A stretch of DNA of 64,000 bases from Octopus vulgaris. Taxonomy: Eukaryota. The position numbers and the translations under genes are program-made. The notes beneath the pieces are model-generated. The model was not told the origin of the DNA. It did not search any database and saw only the letters and a program-made list of their open reading frames with translations. The stretch is from contig OX597814.1 in assembly GCA_951406725.2 (NCBI GenBank), positions 20,088,001 to 20,152,000 on the forward strand, written 5' to 3'. Below, in pieces: positions 51,701-59,771 of this stretch. Within the stretch, counting starts at the first letter, position 1; every line of letters starts with the position of its first letter.

Positions 51701-53798
51701 AGTCAGGGGGACAGTAAGCAATAGCTGATGACTAGCAATATAGCAAAGGTGATAGTAGAATGTATTGTGTATGAACAGGTTCAATGTAAACCCTTATACA
51801 TTGACCTTGTGACAAACAGAAGAGGGTGAGTGTAAAGGGTGATGATAGGAATGGTTGAATATGGCTAGGTCTTGTACCATCTGTTGCTATACATGTAGCA
51901 CAAATAATGGAGAGATGAGTCATTAGTAAATGCTTATATGGTTTATATTTAACATGTTAAATTATGATTTGAGACTGTTTTATGTTTTTAGGCTGGTGGA
52001 ATCCTGAAAGATATCCGACGATTAAATGTTGCCATGACTCGAGCAAAATGTAAGCTTATATTCATTGGAAATGTTGAAACCCTTGAAATATTCAAACCAC
52101 TTGCAGACTTAATGACGCTATTGTCCCAAAGACAACTTATATCCTTTGTATATTTTTGTTCATTTTTCTCACACATATGCACACATTGATGTAAAAGCAC
52201 CCCACCACACACACACACACATTCTTTATCAGATTAGCTAGCCTAAGAAAAGAATTTCTGAGAGGATAGGATATTGTGCTAGAAAAAAATAAGTAAAACT
52301 TTTAATTGAATAACATTGTATATCGAAATCGAAATCTTTCAACATCAATGGAAATTGTAGCTGAGATACCAGTGCCGGTGGCACGTAAGAGAACCATCTG
52401 AACATGGCCGTTGCCAGCGCCGCCCCGACTGGCCTCCGTGCCGGTGGCACATAAAAAGCACCATCCAATTGTGGCTGTTTGCCAGCCTCGTCTGGCACCT
52501 GTGCAGATGGCACATAAAAAGCACCCACTACACTCACGGAGTGGTTGGTGTTAGGAAGGGCATCCAGCTGTAGAAACACTGCCAGATCAGACTGGGCCTG
52601 GCGCAGCCTTCTGGCTTCCCAGACCGCAGTTGAACCGTCCAACCCATGCTAGCATGGAAAACGGATGATGATGATGATGATTCTTTTAGATCAATTCATC
52701 TAATGCCAACAAAGTTAAAAAGAATTGCGACATTCAAATTCAGAACTATCTATTTGTTTAGTGCTCTTATATAAAACCAATTACTCATTTTGCTCATACT
52801 TCAAGTATAAACTTAGGGCACAAAAATGAAAACTATACATCTGCTATGAAACACTATTTATAATGTCAACCAATTTCATGTAAGTAGTTTTTAAAATGAG
52901 TAGTCCTCTAGTTAAAGTGCTGATCTATATAAATGAGAATGTCAAGAGTTTCATACTCTTTGCCTGTAGTTAGATCATATTAGTTTGCCAAGCTGAACAT
53001 GATAACTACTACTCTCATGAAAGTAGTAGTTATTTAGTCTGTTCAGATTTGTGGGTCACTAGTAAGTTTTGATTGATTATTTTTCCTGCATGTGAATGTC
53101 CAATCAGAGATAATGGGGGAGAATTTCAAGCCATGCATACTGTATGAGTGAAGAAAAGAGAAAAAAATGTTTGTCACTCAAGGGAAGTGAGAAGGTTGGA
53201 AGACTAGAGTATAAAGGTGAATGAGGGAAGGGGTGAAAGTTAAATACTGGATATTGAAAGTAAAGAGTCAGTACTTCAAACATGACAAAAAGAAAATAGG
53301 GTACAGAGAGTGGGAGACAAAAAGCATCCTTGTCTAAAAATAACATATACAGCAACAGTTGTTTTTCAATTTAGTTGTATCGAATATTCTTGAGTTTGAA
53401 TGAACAGAATGGAACAAGAAATATTTAGCCATCAGCAGTAAATAAGATTATAAACAAACCTCTACACGTCTGCATACATATCTGTATAGAATACATTTAC
53501 ATGTAGAGGCTGCTGCAGCCAACATAGATACAAATCAAGCTAACTGCAAACATTAAAAAAAAAAATTGAAATTAAGAGTTTCTTCCTTTCTTTTTGGTAT
53601 TGATTCAACAAAATATATTTTAAAAATCCATTTATTTTTTCTACTTTTAATATTTATATTATTTCGAAAAATAACATTAAAAATATATTATTTTGACAAA
53701 AAGAAAAAGATGAACATTTTATGAGAAAATTGTTTTCAGAAATTTTCTTTAACCAGAATTACATAATAAATTTACCTTCTCAGGCTACCATCTTTTGA
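717..53798 (+). CDS. DNA2: DNA replication ATP-dependent helicase/nuclease DNA2, whole gene span (31 exons in window, probably 5'-partial)
   Basis: Phase-consistent exon chain. Motifs: Fe-S Cys (FCMRK and [10 protein letters not shown]), nuclease ([34 protein letters not shown]), helicase ([62 protein letters not shown]). Confidence 0.97.
800..1250 (-). mobile_element. Decayed Tc1/mariner-superfamily transposase remnant
   Basis: The - strand peptide [18 protein letters not shown] resembles the MVW/FG..G segment of ITm transposases; heavily frameshifted, ends approximate. Confidence 0.55.
1371..3478 (+). CDS. DNA2: DNA2 exon 2, large S/N/K-rich N-terminal extension
   Basis: ttttcag| acceptor, 2108-nt open frame (ORF 1389..3551), AC|gtatgt donor whose phase 2 fits the next exon. 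Confidence 0.88.
3572..3652 (+). CDS. DNA2: DNA2 exon 3 ([27 protein letters not shown])
   Basis: ttcag|...|gtaagt, phase 2-2. Confidence 0.85.
3697..3832 (+). mobile_element. Internally shortened SINE (Nin/Deu-domain family) with 16-bp target-site duplication
   Basis: TATTTCTAAATATATC at 3681-3696 and 3833-3848; body similar to the copies at 47188 and 20150. Confidence 0.7.
4411..4476 (+). CDS. DNA2: DNA2 exon 4 ([22 protein letters not shown]), OB-fold region
   Basis: ttcag|...|gtatgt; CxLxGxW pattern typical of the Dna2 N-terminal domain. Confidence 0.9.
4516..5116 (-). mobile_element. tRNA-derived SINE (family A) with a second SINE nested in its microsatellite (~4702-4890)
   Basis: Reverse complement of the 6377/11951/27392 copies; A-box TGGCTGTGTGG and B-box-like GGTTCAGTCCC in family consensus. 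Confidence 0.85.
5797..6318 (+). mobile_element. Solo LTR (Gypsy-like), 522 bp
   Basis: TGTAGTGA...TTTACA termini; 4-bp TSD AATA on both sides; internal AATAAA; CpG-rich against the background; related to 15119-15705. Confidence 0.8.
6377..6898 (+). mobile_element. tRNA-derived SINE (family A) with expanded internal TA/TG microsatellite
   Basis: Near-identical head and tail to the copies at 11951 and 27392. Confidence 0.88.
7122..7286 (+). CDS. DNA2: DNA2 exon 5 (VGDIVHV...[24 protein letters not shown]), first Fe-S Cys
   Basis: accag|...|gtaagt; conserved PDxLVSxT...CxRK. Confidence 0.95.
7359..7856 (-). mobile_element. SINE-like element with RTE-type (GAT)n tail (family B), containing ~61-bp tandem repeats
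   Basis: (CAT)n then tttccatgctagcatgggttggacgg...ggatgcccttcctaacgccaacc, shared with more than 8 copies in the window. Confidence 0.85.
8044..8520 (-). mobile_element. Family B SINE-like element (second subfamily)
   Basis: Same tail and core as 7359; closest to the 46410 copy. Confidence 0.8.
8700..9356 (+). mobile_element. 5'-truncated CR1-clade LINE (ORF2 C-terminus plus 3'UTR), pseudogenised
   Basis: [53 protein letters not shown]; 1-nt deletion near 8897, TAG at 9091-9093; TAAC-type tail. Confidence 0.9.
10093..10117 (+). CDS. DNA2: DNA2 exon 6, 25-nt micro-exon (AVLNERFR)
   Basis: ttcag|...|gttagt; supplies the conserved AVLxExF after CxRK and bridges phase 2 to 0. Confidence 0.9.
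10839..10901 (+). CDS. DNA2: DNA2 exon 7 ([21 protein letters not shown])
   Basis: tgcag|...|gttagt; MLxGxIxHxxxQ motif. Confidence 0.93.
11126..11579. mobile_element. MITE with long TIRs and 8-bp TSD (Merlin- or hAT-like)
   Basis: TIR (G/A)GCGA(A/T)GTTTCGCTTGTCGTAGCAC at both ends; TSD AAAATTGC at 11118-11125 and 11580-11587. Confidence 0.85.
11402..11510. repeat. (TG)n/(TATG)n microsatellite within the MITE
   Basis: Visible directly in the sequence. Confidence 0.9.
11701..12660 (+). mobile_element. Nested SINE cluster: old SINE interrupted by a young family A copy (11951-12318) and an inverted Nin-type SINE (~12340-12530)
   Basis: Head at 11701, RTE-type tail ending (GAT)n near 12660; inserts match other copies in the window. 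Confidence 0.75.
14345..14430 (+). CDS. DNA2: DNA2 exon 8 ([13 protein letters not shown]...YILHE)
   Basis: tccag|...|gtaaga, phase 0-2. Confidence 0.85.
14828..14935 (+). CDS. DNA2: DNA2 exon 9 ([10 protein letters not shown]...[12 protein letters not shown])
   Basis: tccag|...|gtaaga, phase 2-2; YIPxIxxW pattern. Confidence 0.88.
15119..15705 (-). mobile_element. Solo LTR (Gypsy-like), 587 bp
   Basis: On the - strand TGTAGTGAT...TTTACA; TSD ATAC at 15115-15118 and 15706-15709; shares the AATAAAG...CTGACTGGTAG block with the 5797 copy. Confidence 0.82.
16212..16280 (+). CDS. DNA2: DNA2 exon 10 (...[12 protein letters not shown])
   Basis: ttcag|...|gtaagt; DIEExIWSP nuclease motif. Confidence 0.95.
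16856..17658 (-). mobile_element. Internally deleted mariner element
   Basis: TA flanks; TIR GAG(G/A)TGGTATCAAAA(A/T)GTTCCTGG; - strand peptide [32 protein letters not shown] and a C-terminal [14 protein letters not shown] remnant. Confidence 0.88.
19136..19178 (+). CDS. DNA2: DNA2 exon 11 ([14 protein letters not shown]), catalytic Asp
   Basis: tgtag|...|gtaagt; GLKGKID motif. Confidence 0.95.
20150..20335 (+). mobile_element. Nin/Deu-domain-type SINE
   Basis: gagctggcagaatcgttagc head and caactttgcctttcatc core; flanking repeat caatattactgt. Confidence 0.75.
20678..20758 (+). CDS. DNA2: DNA2 exon 12 ([21 protein letters not shown])
   Basis: aacag|...|gtaata; ELKTG nuclease motif. Confidence 0.95.
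21430..21712 (+). mobile_element. Family B SINE-like element
   Basis: gttggcgttaggaagggcatccagctgtagaaac...catgctagcatgga core. Confidence 0.82.
21987..22107 (+). CDS. DNA2: DNA2 exon 13 ([24 protein letters not shown]...)
   Basis: tccag|...|gtataa; QVxLY and GLLLYLK. Confidence 0.95.
23975..24146 (+). CDS. DNA2: DNA2 exon 14 (GLIQLRNE...LPEPI...[10 protein letters not shown]), three Fe-S Cys
   Basis: aacag|...|gtaagt; CxxCxxxxxC. Confidence 0.95.
25916..26101 (+). CDS. DNA2: DNA2 exon 15 (...[21 protein letters not shown]...IWCSTGIDR), stalk region
   Basis: tccag|...|gtttgt; HL..H..FF..W...E pattern. Confidence 0.9.
27062..27166 (+). CDS. DNA2: DNA2 exon 16 ([10 protein letters not shown]...SFKRH)
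   Basis: ttcag|...|gtaaga; RExxGxCxxNL. Confidence 0.9.
27392..27790 (+). mobile_element. tRNA-derived SINE (family A), young copy
   Basis: Almost identical to 11951-12318. Confidence 0.88.
27902..28051 (+). CDS. DNA2: DNA2 exon 17 (...[13 protein letters not shown]...GYI...CDR)
   Basis: tccag|...|gtatga, phase 2-2. Confidence 0.9.
28217..28730. mobile_element. MITE of Tc1/mariner superfamily type (pogo/Tc2-like)
   Basis: Imperfect TIR C(T/C)GTAAATC(C/T)T(A/C)GAGTA..; TA on the left, TG on the right; subterminal repeats. Confidence 0.7.
28950..29410 (+). mobile_element. Decayed RTE-clade LINE 3' fragment
   Basis: Remnant RL..YG.V..M and GRPRK.W-like coding patches; ends approximate. Confidence 0.6.
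30344..30856 (+). mobile_element. Non-autonomous Helitron (copy A)
   Basis: A|TC start; subterminal hairpin CCCGAGCAACGCCGGG; CTAG|T end; no TSD. Confidence 0.85.
30981..31103 (+). CDS. DNA2: DNA2 exon 18 (...FKVDK...NNLITLM)
   Basis: tccag|...|gtaaag, phase 2-2. Confidence 0.88.
31300..32134 (+). mobile_element. Non-autonomous Helitron (copy B)
   Basis: A|TC start; CCCGGGCAACGCCGGG hairpin; CTAG|T end; 5' ~230 bp near-identical to copy C and ~200 bp to copy D. Confidence 0.88.
32428..32507 (+). CDS. DNA2: DNA2 exon 19 ([13 protein letters not shown]...)
   Basis: ttcag|...|gtaaga; LRxLIIDxxxP. Confidence 0.92.
32990..33313 (+). mobile_element. Family B SINE-like element
   Basis: Core plus (GAT)n tail; two internal repeat units. 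Confidence 0.85.
33921..34351 (+). mobile_element. Non-autonomous Helitron (copy C)
   Basis: Same termini as copy B, shorter interior. Confidence 0.88.
34691..34743 (+). CDS. DNA2: DNA2 exon 20 ([18 protein letters not shown]), Q-motif
   Basis: ttcag|...|gtgaat; LNxxQxxA. Confidence 0.92.
36010..36059 (+). CDS. DNA2: DNA2 exon 21 ([16 protein letters not shown]), first half of Walker A; one extra T as assembled
   Basis: tctag|...|gtaagt; DYxLIxGxPGT. Seven nt precede the in-frame ATG at 36017, so the frame is off by +1. Confidence 0.9.
36162..36277 (+). CDS. DNA2: DNA2 exon 22 ([10 protein letters not shown]...[14 protein letters not shown])
   Basis: ttcag|...|gtatgt; end of Walker A and motif Ia. 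Confidence 0.96.
36338..36820 (+). mobile_element. Older family B element
   Basis: Diverged core and (GAT)n tail. Confidence 0.7.
37152..38320 (+). mobile_element. Tc1-family DNA transposon, near full length, transposase pseudogenised
   Basis: TA|CAGGGGTTGGACAAAATAATG...CATTATTTTGTCCAACCCCTG|TA; [18 protein letters not shown]..., [15 protein letters not shown]; frameshifts, stops and loss of the SPDLNxIE segment. Confidence 0.93.
39644..39772 (+). CDS. DNA2: DNA2 exon 23 ([18 protein letters not shown]...)
   Basis: tttag|...|gtagga; FLRxG...IHP. Confidence 0.93.
40433..40698 (+). mobile_element. Family B SINE-like element, young copy
   Basis: Near-identical to the 33140-33313 and 52510-52680 cores. 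Confidence 0.85.
40812..41011 (+). CDS. DNA2: DNA2 exon 24 (VVATTC...[11 protein letters not shown]...[12 protein letters not shown])
   Basis: tccag|...|gtaaat; Walker B and motif III. Confidence 0.97.
41102..41481 (+). mobile_element. Non-autonomous Helitron (copy D, chimeric)
   Basis: 5' end of copies B/C joined to the 3' end of copy A; A|TC...CTAG|T. Confidence 0.88.
42330..42538. mobile_element. piggyBac-type MITE
   Basis: TTAA|CCCTTT...AAAGGG|TTAA; second copy at 59552-59771. Confidence 0.85.
42814..42900 (+). CDS. DNA2: DNA2 exon 25 (GMDKSLF...LNLQYRMN)
   Basis: ttcag|...|gtaatg; QYRMN. Confidence 0.96.
43002..43222. mobile_element. piggyBac-type MITE, second family
   Basis: TTAA|CCCTTTAG...CTAAAGGG|TTAA. 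Confidence 0.82.
43290..43672 (+). mobile_element. Older family B element
   Basis: Core plus (GAT)n tail. Confidence 0.7.
44211..44316 (+). CDS. DNA2: DNA2 exon 26 ([18 protein letters not shown]...)
   Basis: tgcag|...|gtatgt; IMxLSNxLxYxGxLxCG. Confidence 0.95.
46410..46700 (-). mobile_element. Family B SINE-like element
   Basis: (CAT)n plus core, like the 8044 copy. Confidence 0.8.
46725..47037 (-). mobile_element. tRNA-derived SINE (family C)
   Basis: - strand head aggtgcatggcttagtgattagg; central ccttgagcaagacactttatttcac..ctccagtccactcagctg, also seen at ~19323-19500. Confidence 0.75.
47188..47401 (+). mobile_element. Nin/Deu-domain-type SINE
   Basis: gcctttcatcctttcggggttgataaattaagtaccag core; flanking repeat ggtaccag. 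Confidence 0.8.
48070..48150 (+). CDS. DNA2: DNA2 exon 27 (...SWMLDVV...AVLFLNT)
   Basis: aacag|...|gtattt; W....VxFLNT. Confidence 0.9.
48481..48756 (-). mobile_element. tRNA-derived SINE (family D) inserted in the (TA)n tract of an older SINE (~48330-49035)
   Basis: CpG-rich; B-box-like GGTTTCGATTCCC on the - strand; (TA)n on both sides; host head to the left and host tail to the right. Confidence 0.75.
49971..50063 (+). CDS. DNA2: DNA2 exon 28 (VPAPE...NNIEAQLI...)
   Basis: tccag|...|gtaagt; NxxEA motif. Confidence 0.93.
50665..50874 (+). CDS. DNA2: DNA2 exon 29 ([11 protein letters not shown]...[16 protein letters not shown]...)
   Basis: ttcag|...|gtaaga; helicase motif V region. Confidence 0.97.
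51992..52138 (+). CDS. DNA2: DNA2 exon 30 ([22 protein letters not shown]...SQRQL)
   Basis: tttag| acceptor; motif VI; ends at the ATATCCTTT donor. Confidence 0.95.
52139..53762 (+). other. U12-type (minor spliceosome) AT-AC intron, last intron of DNA2
   Basis: 5' site ATATCCTTT (52139-52147); branch site TTTCTTTAAC (53744-53753); terminal AC (53761-53762). The phase-0 join gives ...QRQL|IINLPS. Confidence 0.88.
52322..52680 (+). mobile_element. Family B SINE-like element inside the U12 intron
   Basis: Core, internal repeat units and (GAT)n tail. Confidence 0.85.
53763..53798 (+). CDS. DNA2: DNA2 terminal exon ([11 protein letters not shown])
   Basis: Follows the U12 branch point and AC; matches the IIxLPS ending of animal DNA2; TGA at 53796-53798. 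Confidence 0.85.
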   Translation: MINLPSQATIF

Positions 53799-55987
53799 AG
53801 CATCAGGACTTGTGTGACATGTAAGAACATACAAATGTTAATGTATTATTGATGTACGTATAATATTCATATTAATTATGCTTTCATATTTAATGTTTTA
53901 CTCTTTTGTTTTAACACAGTGGCAAACTGAATTTACAGCATGAACATTAAAACTTGAAAGCTATATAAATGATATGACTCATATCATTGAGAGATTATAA
54001 TTTATTTTTATGATTTTACATATGTTCATTATATTTTTCCCTCTCAAATTAAATTTGTTTATACCAGAAAAAGAAAAAAAAGACCCCCATTTGTATTTGA
54101 TTGTCAACTAAATTATTAAGATAAAAAACATTAGATTGGAGAAGTAACATTTTAAATAAATTTCACATTTGTTGAATGAAGACACTTCTAAGTCTACTAT
54201 GTGACAAACTTGATCTCAATTTCTGTCTGAACAACATCCACATATTACTAATGTTTCTGTCTATTCACCCATTGTAATTACTTCTTTAGTCTATCATTCA
54301 CTTTGAATCTTGGTCTTTTGTAGAATTAAAAAAAAAAAATGTTAAATAAACATACTGTTATATAAAATGAAAATATATCTGTACATTTTACACAGTTCTT
54401 TTGTCTATGTGTTCTTTCATTATCTGCCTTGTAAGAAGTGTGTCTTGGATGACATTTCAATTCAGTTCACCGTTACTGATAGTGGCAATGCTCTCTGAAA
54501 CCTGCTGTAATGAAATAGTGGAACAGACCACATGCATAAATCCATCCTTATTTAAATCCTCAGCCATGTATACAGGCTAAAGATACAATCTCTAAATGTA
54601 GTGAATGTTATATGAGATATAGTTCAAACTATAAGCTTCAGATTACATCTGAAGAAACAGTCAGTCAAAACTTCTATTATAATGTTTAATATTAAAATCA
54701 ATGTTACTAATGTCATTGTGTTTCCTTTCACAGATACTTTTCCTTTTAAAACATTATCTGGTAGGGGATCTCTCGCGTTGTTCGGTGACAAATTAGACTT
54801 GGTGTATCATTTGCAAATGTTTGTGTAGTATTCCATTGTTTCTGTGTGTAGGATACTGATTCTTTCAATTTGAATTTGCAGACTATGCTCTGTCTAAATC
54901 CACTTGATATACTTGCACCATGTTCTTAAAGTAAAAACTTCTACCAGCCCTGCCTCAAAATTACACTCTCCAGAAACTATTTTTTTAATAGAAACCACTA
55001 ATCCACAAGTCAAATTAAATTTCATCTTTTTATCTCTGGTTTGGAAAGAGATGTAGGTATTGAAGAGAACTAATGAAAAAAAATCTTAGTATCAATCCAA
55101 AAGGGTCACTGCGATAAAGAATGTTTTGCATGACAAAACAACTTTGAAAATATAAATTGGATAAGAAAGTTTGTGCTAAAATTGAATCACATGAAAGAAT
55201 AGCTATATGGATCAATACACAATAATGATAATGATTATGGTTGTTTACAAGAATCTTTGGTTATCATCATCTAGTCGTGAATATTGGCCATAAAAATTGT
55301 AATACAATGAAAGGAATGTAACTGATACATAATGAAAGAATGTAAATAAGAATTTTTTGAATAATCTAAAGAGGATTTTATAAGTCATTTTAAAAAGACA
55401 TTTCAAATGAGAAAAATAAATTTGGTGTGATAAGATACACTATTCTACAAATGAAAATTCAAAAGATATGATTTGTTTTGAAATACCAACCCTAAATTCA
55501 TTTTATAACATTTGTTCAGAATGAGTCCCATAAAATATAAAGTTATGATCTTTCATAGAAAATACTAAACTCAATATTCCACAATGTAGTGAGGACAAAT
55601 GAAATAATACTGCAATACTGTGACTGAATTTTCAAGAGAAAAAAATTGTCAATAGAGAGTGCAAGGGGAAAAATTATTTCATTTATAATTACATTTGTTT
55701 AATGTTATTTTATATTTTCTGCCTTAAAAAAAACATATTTCTTACCTTGGTAATACAATAGATTTATGTATCTAAAACAGTTTTGTTAAGGATTTTGAAT
55801 TGTTAACTGGATAAATTGTAAGTATTATGACCATGAAACTTTATAGTAACTTACTTTTCTGCTTACATATTCAACAACTCCCTGTAAAATACAGTAGAAC
55901 ACTTTGTGGTATTTCTGAAATAAATTTCACAATTTAATTTGCTTTATGAAATCATTGTGTTATATAATAATAAAAGCCTGTCCCAAT

Positions 55988-56394
55988 TCAGTGTGAACTA
56001 TTACAGGAATTAATAGCGCATAATGCAGCTCCTAAGGCAGAATCACAGCGATCACCATTGACCATTGGAGTCTTGTAAAACTTTTTAACTTCTTGTTGAA
56101 CAATAGGATTTTTAGTCACACCAGAACCACTTGCAATGATCCGTTTAATGCCATGATCTTCTAGGTAAGTGTTTGGCATCATCTCATGCAAATTCTGAAC
56201 AAGGCCACTACACAAAGCTCGAAACACTTTTCCAAGAGACATATTATTCATGTTAAGTCCAGCTACACTGCCACGTTGATCTGGCTTATGGCGCTCCCCT
56301 TGTAAAGTTGGTATAATCTGGAGGTCAGTATTTGGTACTTTTTCAGCAAGCTTTATAAGCTTTTGCCACACTTGTTCTTCTTCTACTCGTACAC
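55988..56394 (-). CDS. SHPK: Sedoheptulokinase, last exon (FGGY kinase C-terminus: PTLQGERH, RALCSGLVQNL, SGSGVTKN, DSALGAAL)
   Basis: ORF 55988..56371 extended to a tatag| acceptor (CT at 56395-56396); characteristic SHPK motifs. Confidence 0.93.
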
Positions 56395-57438
56395 CTATAT
56401 ATAGAATTAAAAAAATGTAGTTTAACTAAAACATCTAATTAGAGTAGTAAATGAGATAATTTTAGCCTACTTTCTGCGAAAGGAAGGAACTCTGTAAACT
56501 AACAAGATGGCAGTCATGGCACGTCGGAAACTAAAAGGATATGTTCATAGTTTGTTGTTTTTTTTAGGCCAAGGTCATCTCTGATCAAGTAGAGCTATGA
56601 GCAAAGCATCCAGTCAAGATCACCCTGTCTTTTTGTATAATGTCCAATGTTTATTTTTTTTAAATGGTAGGGTGTGATTTGAGGATATTTGAACTCATAT
56701 TTCTGGGAGCTTGAGAAATTGCATAGAGGCTGCCATATTGGTCATAAAGTTAGAACACCAGTAGAAATTCTAAGTCTAATTAAAATAGACACAAGGCTGA
56801 TGATTTTAAAAACACAGTAATTTGCTATATCCTGATAATACAAATATCATTGGGATACTTAGCTATAGAAATCAATATAATTCTACACTTTTAATTGAAT
56901 GATTAAGATTAAAAGAGATTGTTTCAGAGATGGTGATTCAATGTTTATTGATTGATTTTTTAAACCATATTGTATATAACTCTGTCTCTTTACTTGGAGA
57001 ACATACTATTCTCAATTTTTTTTGCGAGAGACTTTATATATTGAACTAAACTATCTACAACTAATTACTGGCTTTTTGAATTCCTGTGGTTTGTGGAGAA
57101 ATGATGAGAGACCTATAATATTTAAAGATATCTATCTAGTGGTGGAGGCCTAGGTAGGAGTTGAATACAGAATGAGCAGTTGCATACCAGCCACTACACT
57201 CGGCCTGTAATCAGAACCAAAGCCCAAATCCAGTGGCAAGATGAACTGAAATAATTAGTGGATACAGGTCTGAAGTTGAACCGTTTTTGATGATTTGATA
57301 CCTATTCTAATAATTACTGGATCTAGCAGTGAGTTAGAACATGATCTGTTTAATGCCTGATCTTGATTGATTATATCATTACTATTTGTAAATATTATCA
57401 TAAGATATGAATAAAAATAACAATTTGAAATCCCTTAC

Positions 57439-57639
57439 CAAATTCCGAAAACCATTCCTGCAGAGTTTTCACAAAGTTAGCCATCACACTGCCCCCAGTA
57501 AGACTAGCAACTGTTGCAATGTATGTGTTGCCAAAATATGGGAAATATTCAATGGCATTTTCTGGGTTGGTTGGTGGAGGTTTGAAACCTTTCAAGGATA
57601 TGGGAAATCCCAACTGAGTTGAAGTACTGATGTTAAGAA
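57439..57639 (-). CDS. SHPK: Sedoheptulokinase, penultimate exon (VLNISTSTQL...YFPYF...ASLTGGSVMANFV)
   Basis: Canonical AG/GT on the - strand, phase 1-1; VLNISTSxQL and YFPYF are SHPK motifs. Confidence 0.95.
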
Positions 57640-58951
57640 CTGAATAAAAAGGGGGAAAAAAATTAGAAATTAATATTCTCTGAATTACATTAAATTGTTG
57701 AAAGATATAACATTTTATATCTTATAATATTATACTGCAACTCACAAAATACATTTAAGGAAGATATTTTTGACAATTTTGGAAGATATCTTGTATTAAA
57801 TAAAATGTGCTTTTATTGAACAGAAAATTTAATTAATTTGATCGTTTCTACATAACTACATACATGGAAAATACAGATGAAACTAAAAATCAAGAAAAAG
57901 TTAAAATGTTTGTCATAATTTCATGGCCATTTTCCATGCTGGTGCAGGTTAGACAGATTCTCATGCAACCAATAAACTCTGAAAAGTGGAAGGGCATCCA
58001 GCAACAGAAACTATACTAAAACTGAAACATTGAACCAAGATGTGGTCCTGTGACCCATTGGACTCTGTTAAAACCCATTCAGGTATGAAGAGCATACATA
58101 AAATGACAATGATGATGAAAAGTCACTAACCTGCATGATTAACAACACCTTACTTAAATATACAAACAATTACAATAAAGGGTAACATAATGATTTTTTT
58201 TTTAAGGGACAAGCTTGCAATAATTTTTGTGTTTTTTTTTTAAAAAAAACAATCTTAAACATAGGTCATCTTTTAGTTAAAAGAAAGATGAAACAATTGA
58301 AATTTTTAGTTTATAGTCTTCAGTTTTCAATGAGTTTATTGTATTTTCTATATATGAGAATATTTTAACATGATGCATTATTAAATTAAAATCTATTGTC
58401 AAATTCCAAAAATTCATTCCTGTAGTTTTGAGAAAATTAGCAATCACATTAAGCCCCCCCACCCAATAAAACTACCTACAGTTGTAATGGAAGAATTTGA
58501 GCTAAACACTGCAAGTGAGTGAAATTACTTGTGAATAAAATTAAATAGTGCTCTATTACAGTAATGAATTTGCCTCCAGATAGTATCTATATTTTTGTTC
58601 GGTCATTTCTGATTAAGTGAAACATGATCCTCTTGTCCTTCACCAATCCAGATATATTCCCCAGTGTATTTAGGACTGCATTATCCAATTTGTCCTGCTT
58701 CTTAAAACAGTAAGGTGATTTGGGATGATTTAAGTGAGATTTGGCTGCACTTTACACCTATTTTACTACAACGTGGTTTTGGTTATTGATAGTTAAGTAC
58801 CTCTGTCAAGGAAGCTGGTGACAACATAAACCCTCAACTTTTCAAATTGTGTACTACTGTCTTAATGACTTCATCCTTTGTCTGTCAAATGAATAATTTA
58901 GTTCTTGCTTAACATAACCTAGACTGAAATAAAGAAAGAAATGTGACAAAC

Positions 58952-59127
58952 CTGCATCTGCTTTATCTTTTATAGTGGATCTGATAGCACATTGTAAATC
59001 CCCTAAAGCAACAAGCACTGGAATTCCTTTTGGAATTGAGAACCAGTCACACTTTAGATTTCCTGCACTAGAACCAGCTTCTTTGACATGTGGTAATAGA
59101 TTGACTGGAAAGTCAGCTTTTTTTAGT
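58952..59127 (-). CDS. SHPK: Sedoheptulokinase internal exon (FPVNLLP...WFSIPKGIPVLVALGDLQC); upstream exons not found in this window
   Basis: Canonical splice sites, phase 2-1; ALGDLQ motif. Confidence 0.94.
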
Positions 59128-59551
59128 CTGAAATTATATGAAATTAGATTATTTTTGCAATAATTTTTGAGGAGGTTCTAGTGAAGGAGAGAAGAAAGCA
59201 GATAAAAGCCTGCTGCCATATAGAAAAATGATAATGATGTTGGCAACTACAAAAGAAAAGCAAGAATCTATATCAAATATACATTTTTTATAATGGTATT
59301 AAAAGTCAAATTAAGTATTTATCCAAAAAATGTATGGAGAAATTGTCATATTTCAATAAGTGCTCTTTAAAGTTGAGCTTCTACTTTTATGACCAGTAAT
59401 GGCAAATGGTAAACTTCCTAATTTCTAGAAACTTTTTACATATTGGGAAAGAAAAAGACATCAAAGGCAGTCTTCAAACAAATGATTTTTTTCTCATACT
59501 AAATTAGTTAAAGTGAATTTCTGTAAGTTGGAGAATTTGTAATGAGTTTAA

Positions 59552-59771
59552 CCCTTTTGATACCAACCTGGCTGAAACTGCCTCTGGCTGTGTAGTACAA
59601 ATGTCTTGTTTTCAAAAGTTTTGAATTAAAATCTTCCACCAAACCTTAGTCACAATTTATGTTCCTAACACTAGCTTAATGATAACTAAGTTATTTTACT
59701 AAATTCTTTGTTGTATTTAAAATTTATCGAAAGAAACACAGAATCTCAAAATAAATATGGTAACAAAAGGG
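59552..59771. mobile_element. piggyBac-type MITE (same family as 42330)
   Basis: TTAA|CCCTTTTG...CAAAAGGG|TTAA; interior aligns with 42330-42538. Confidence 0.85.
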
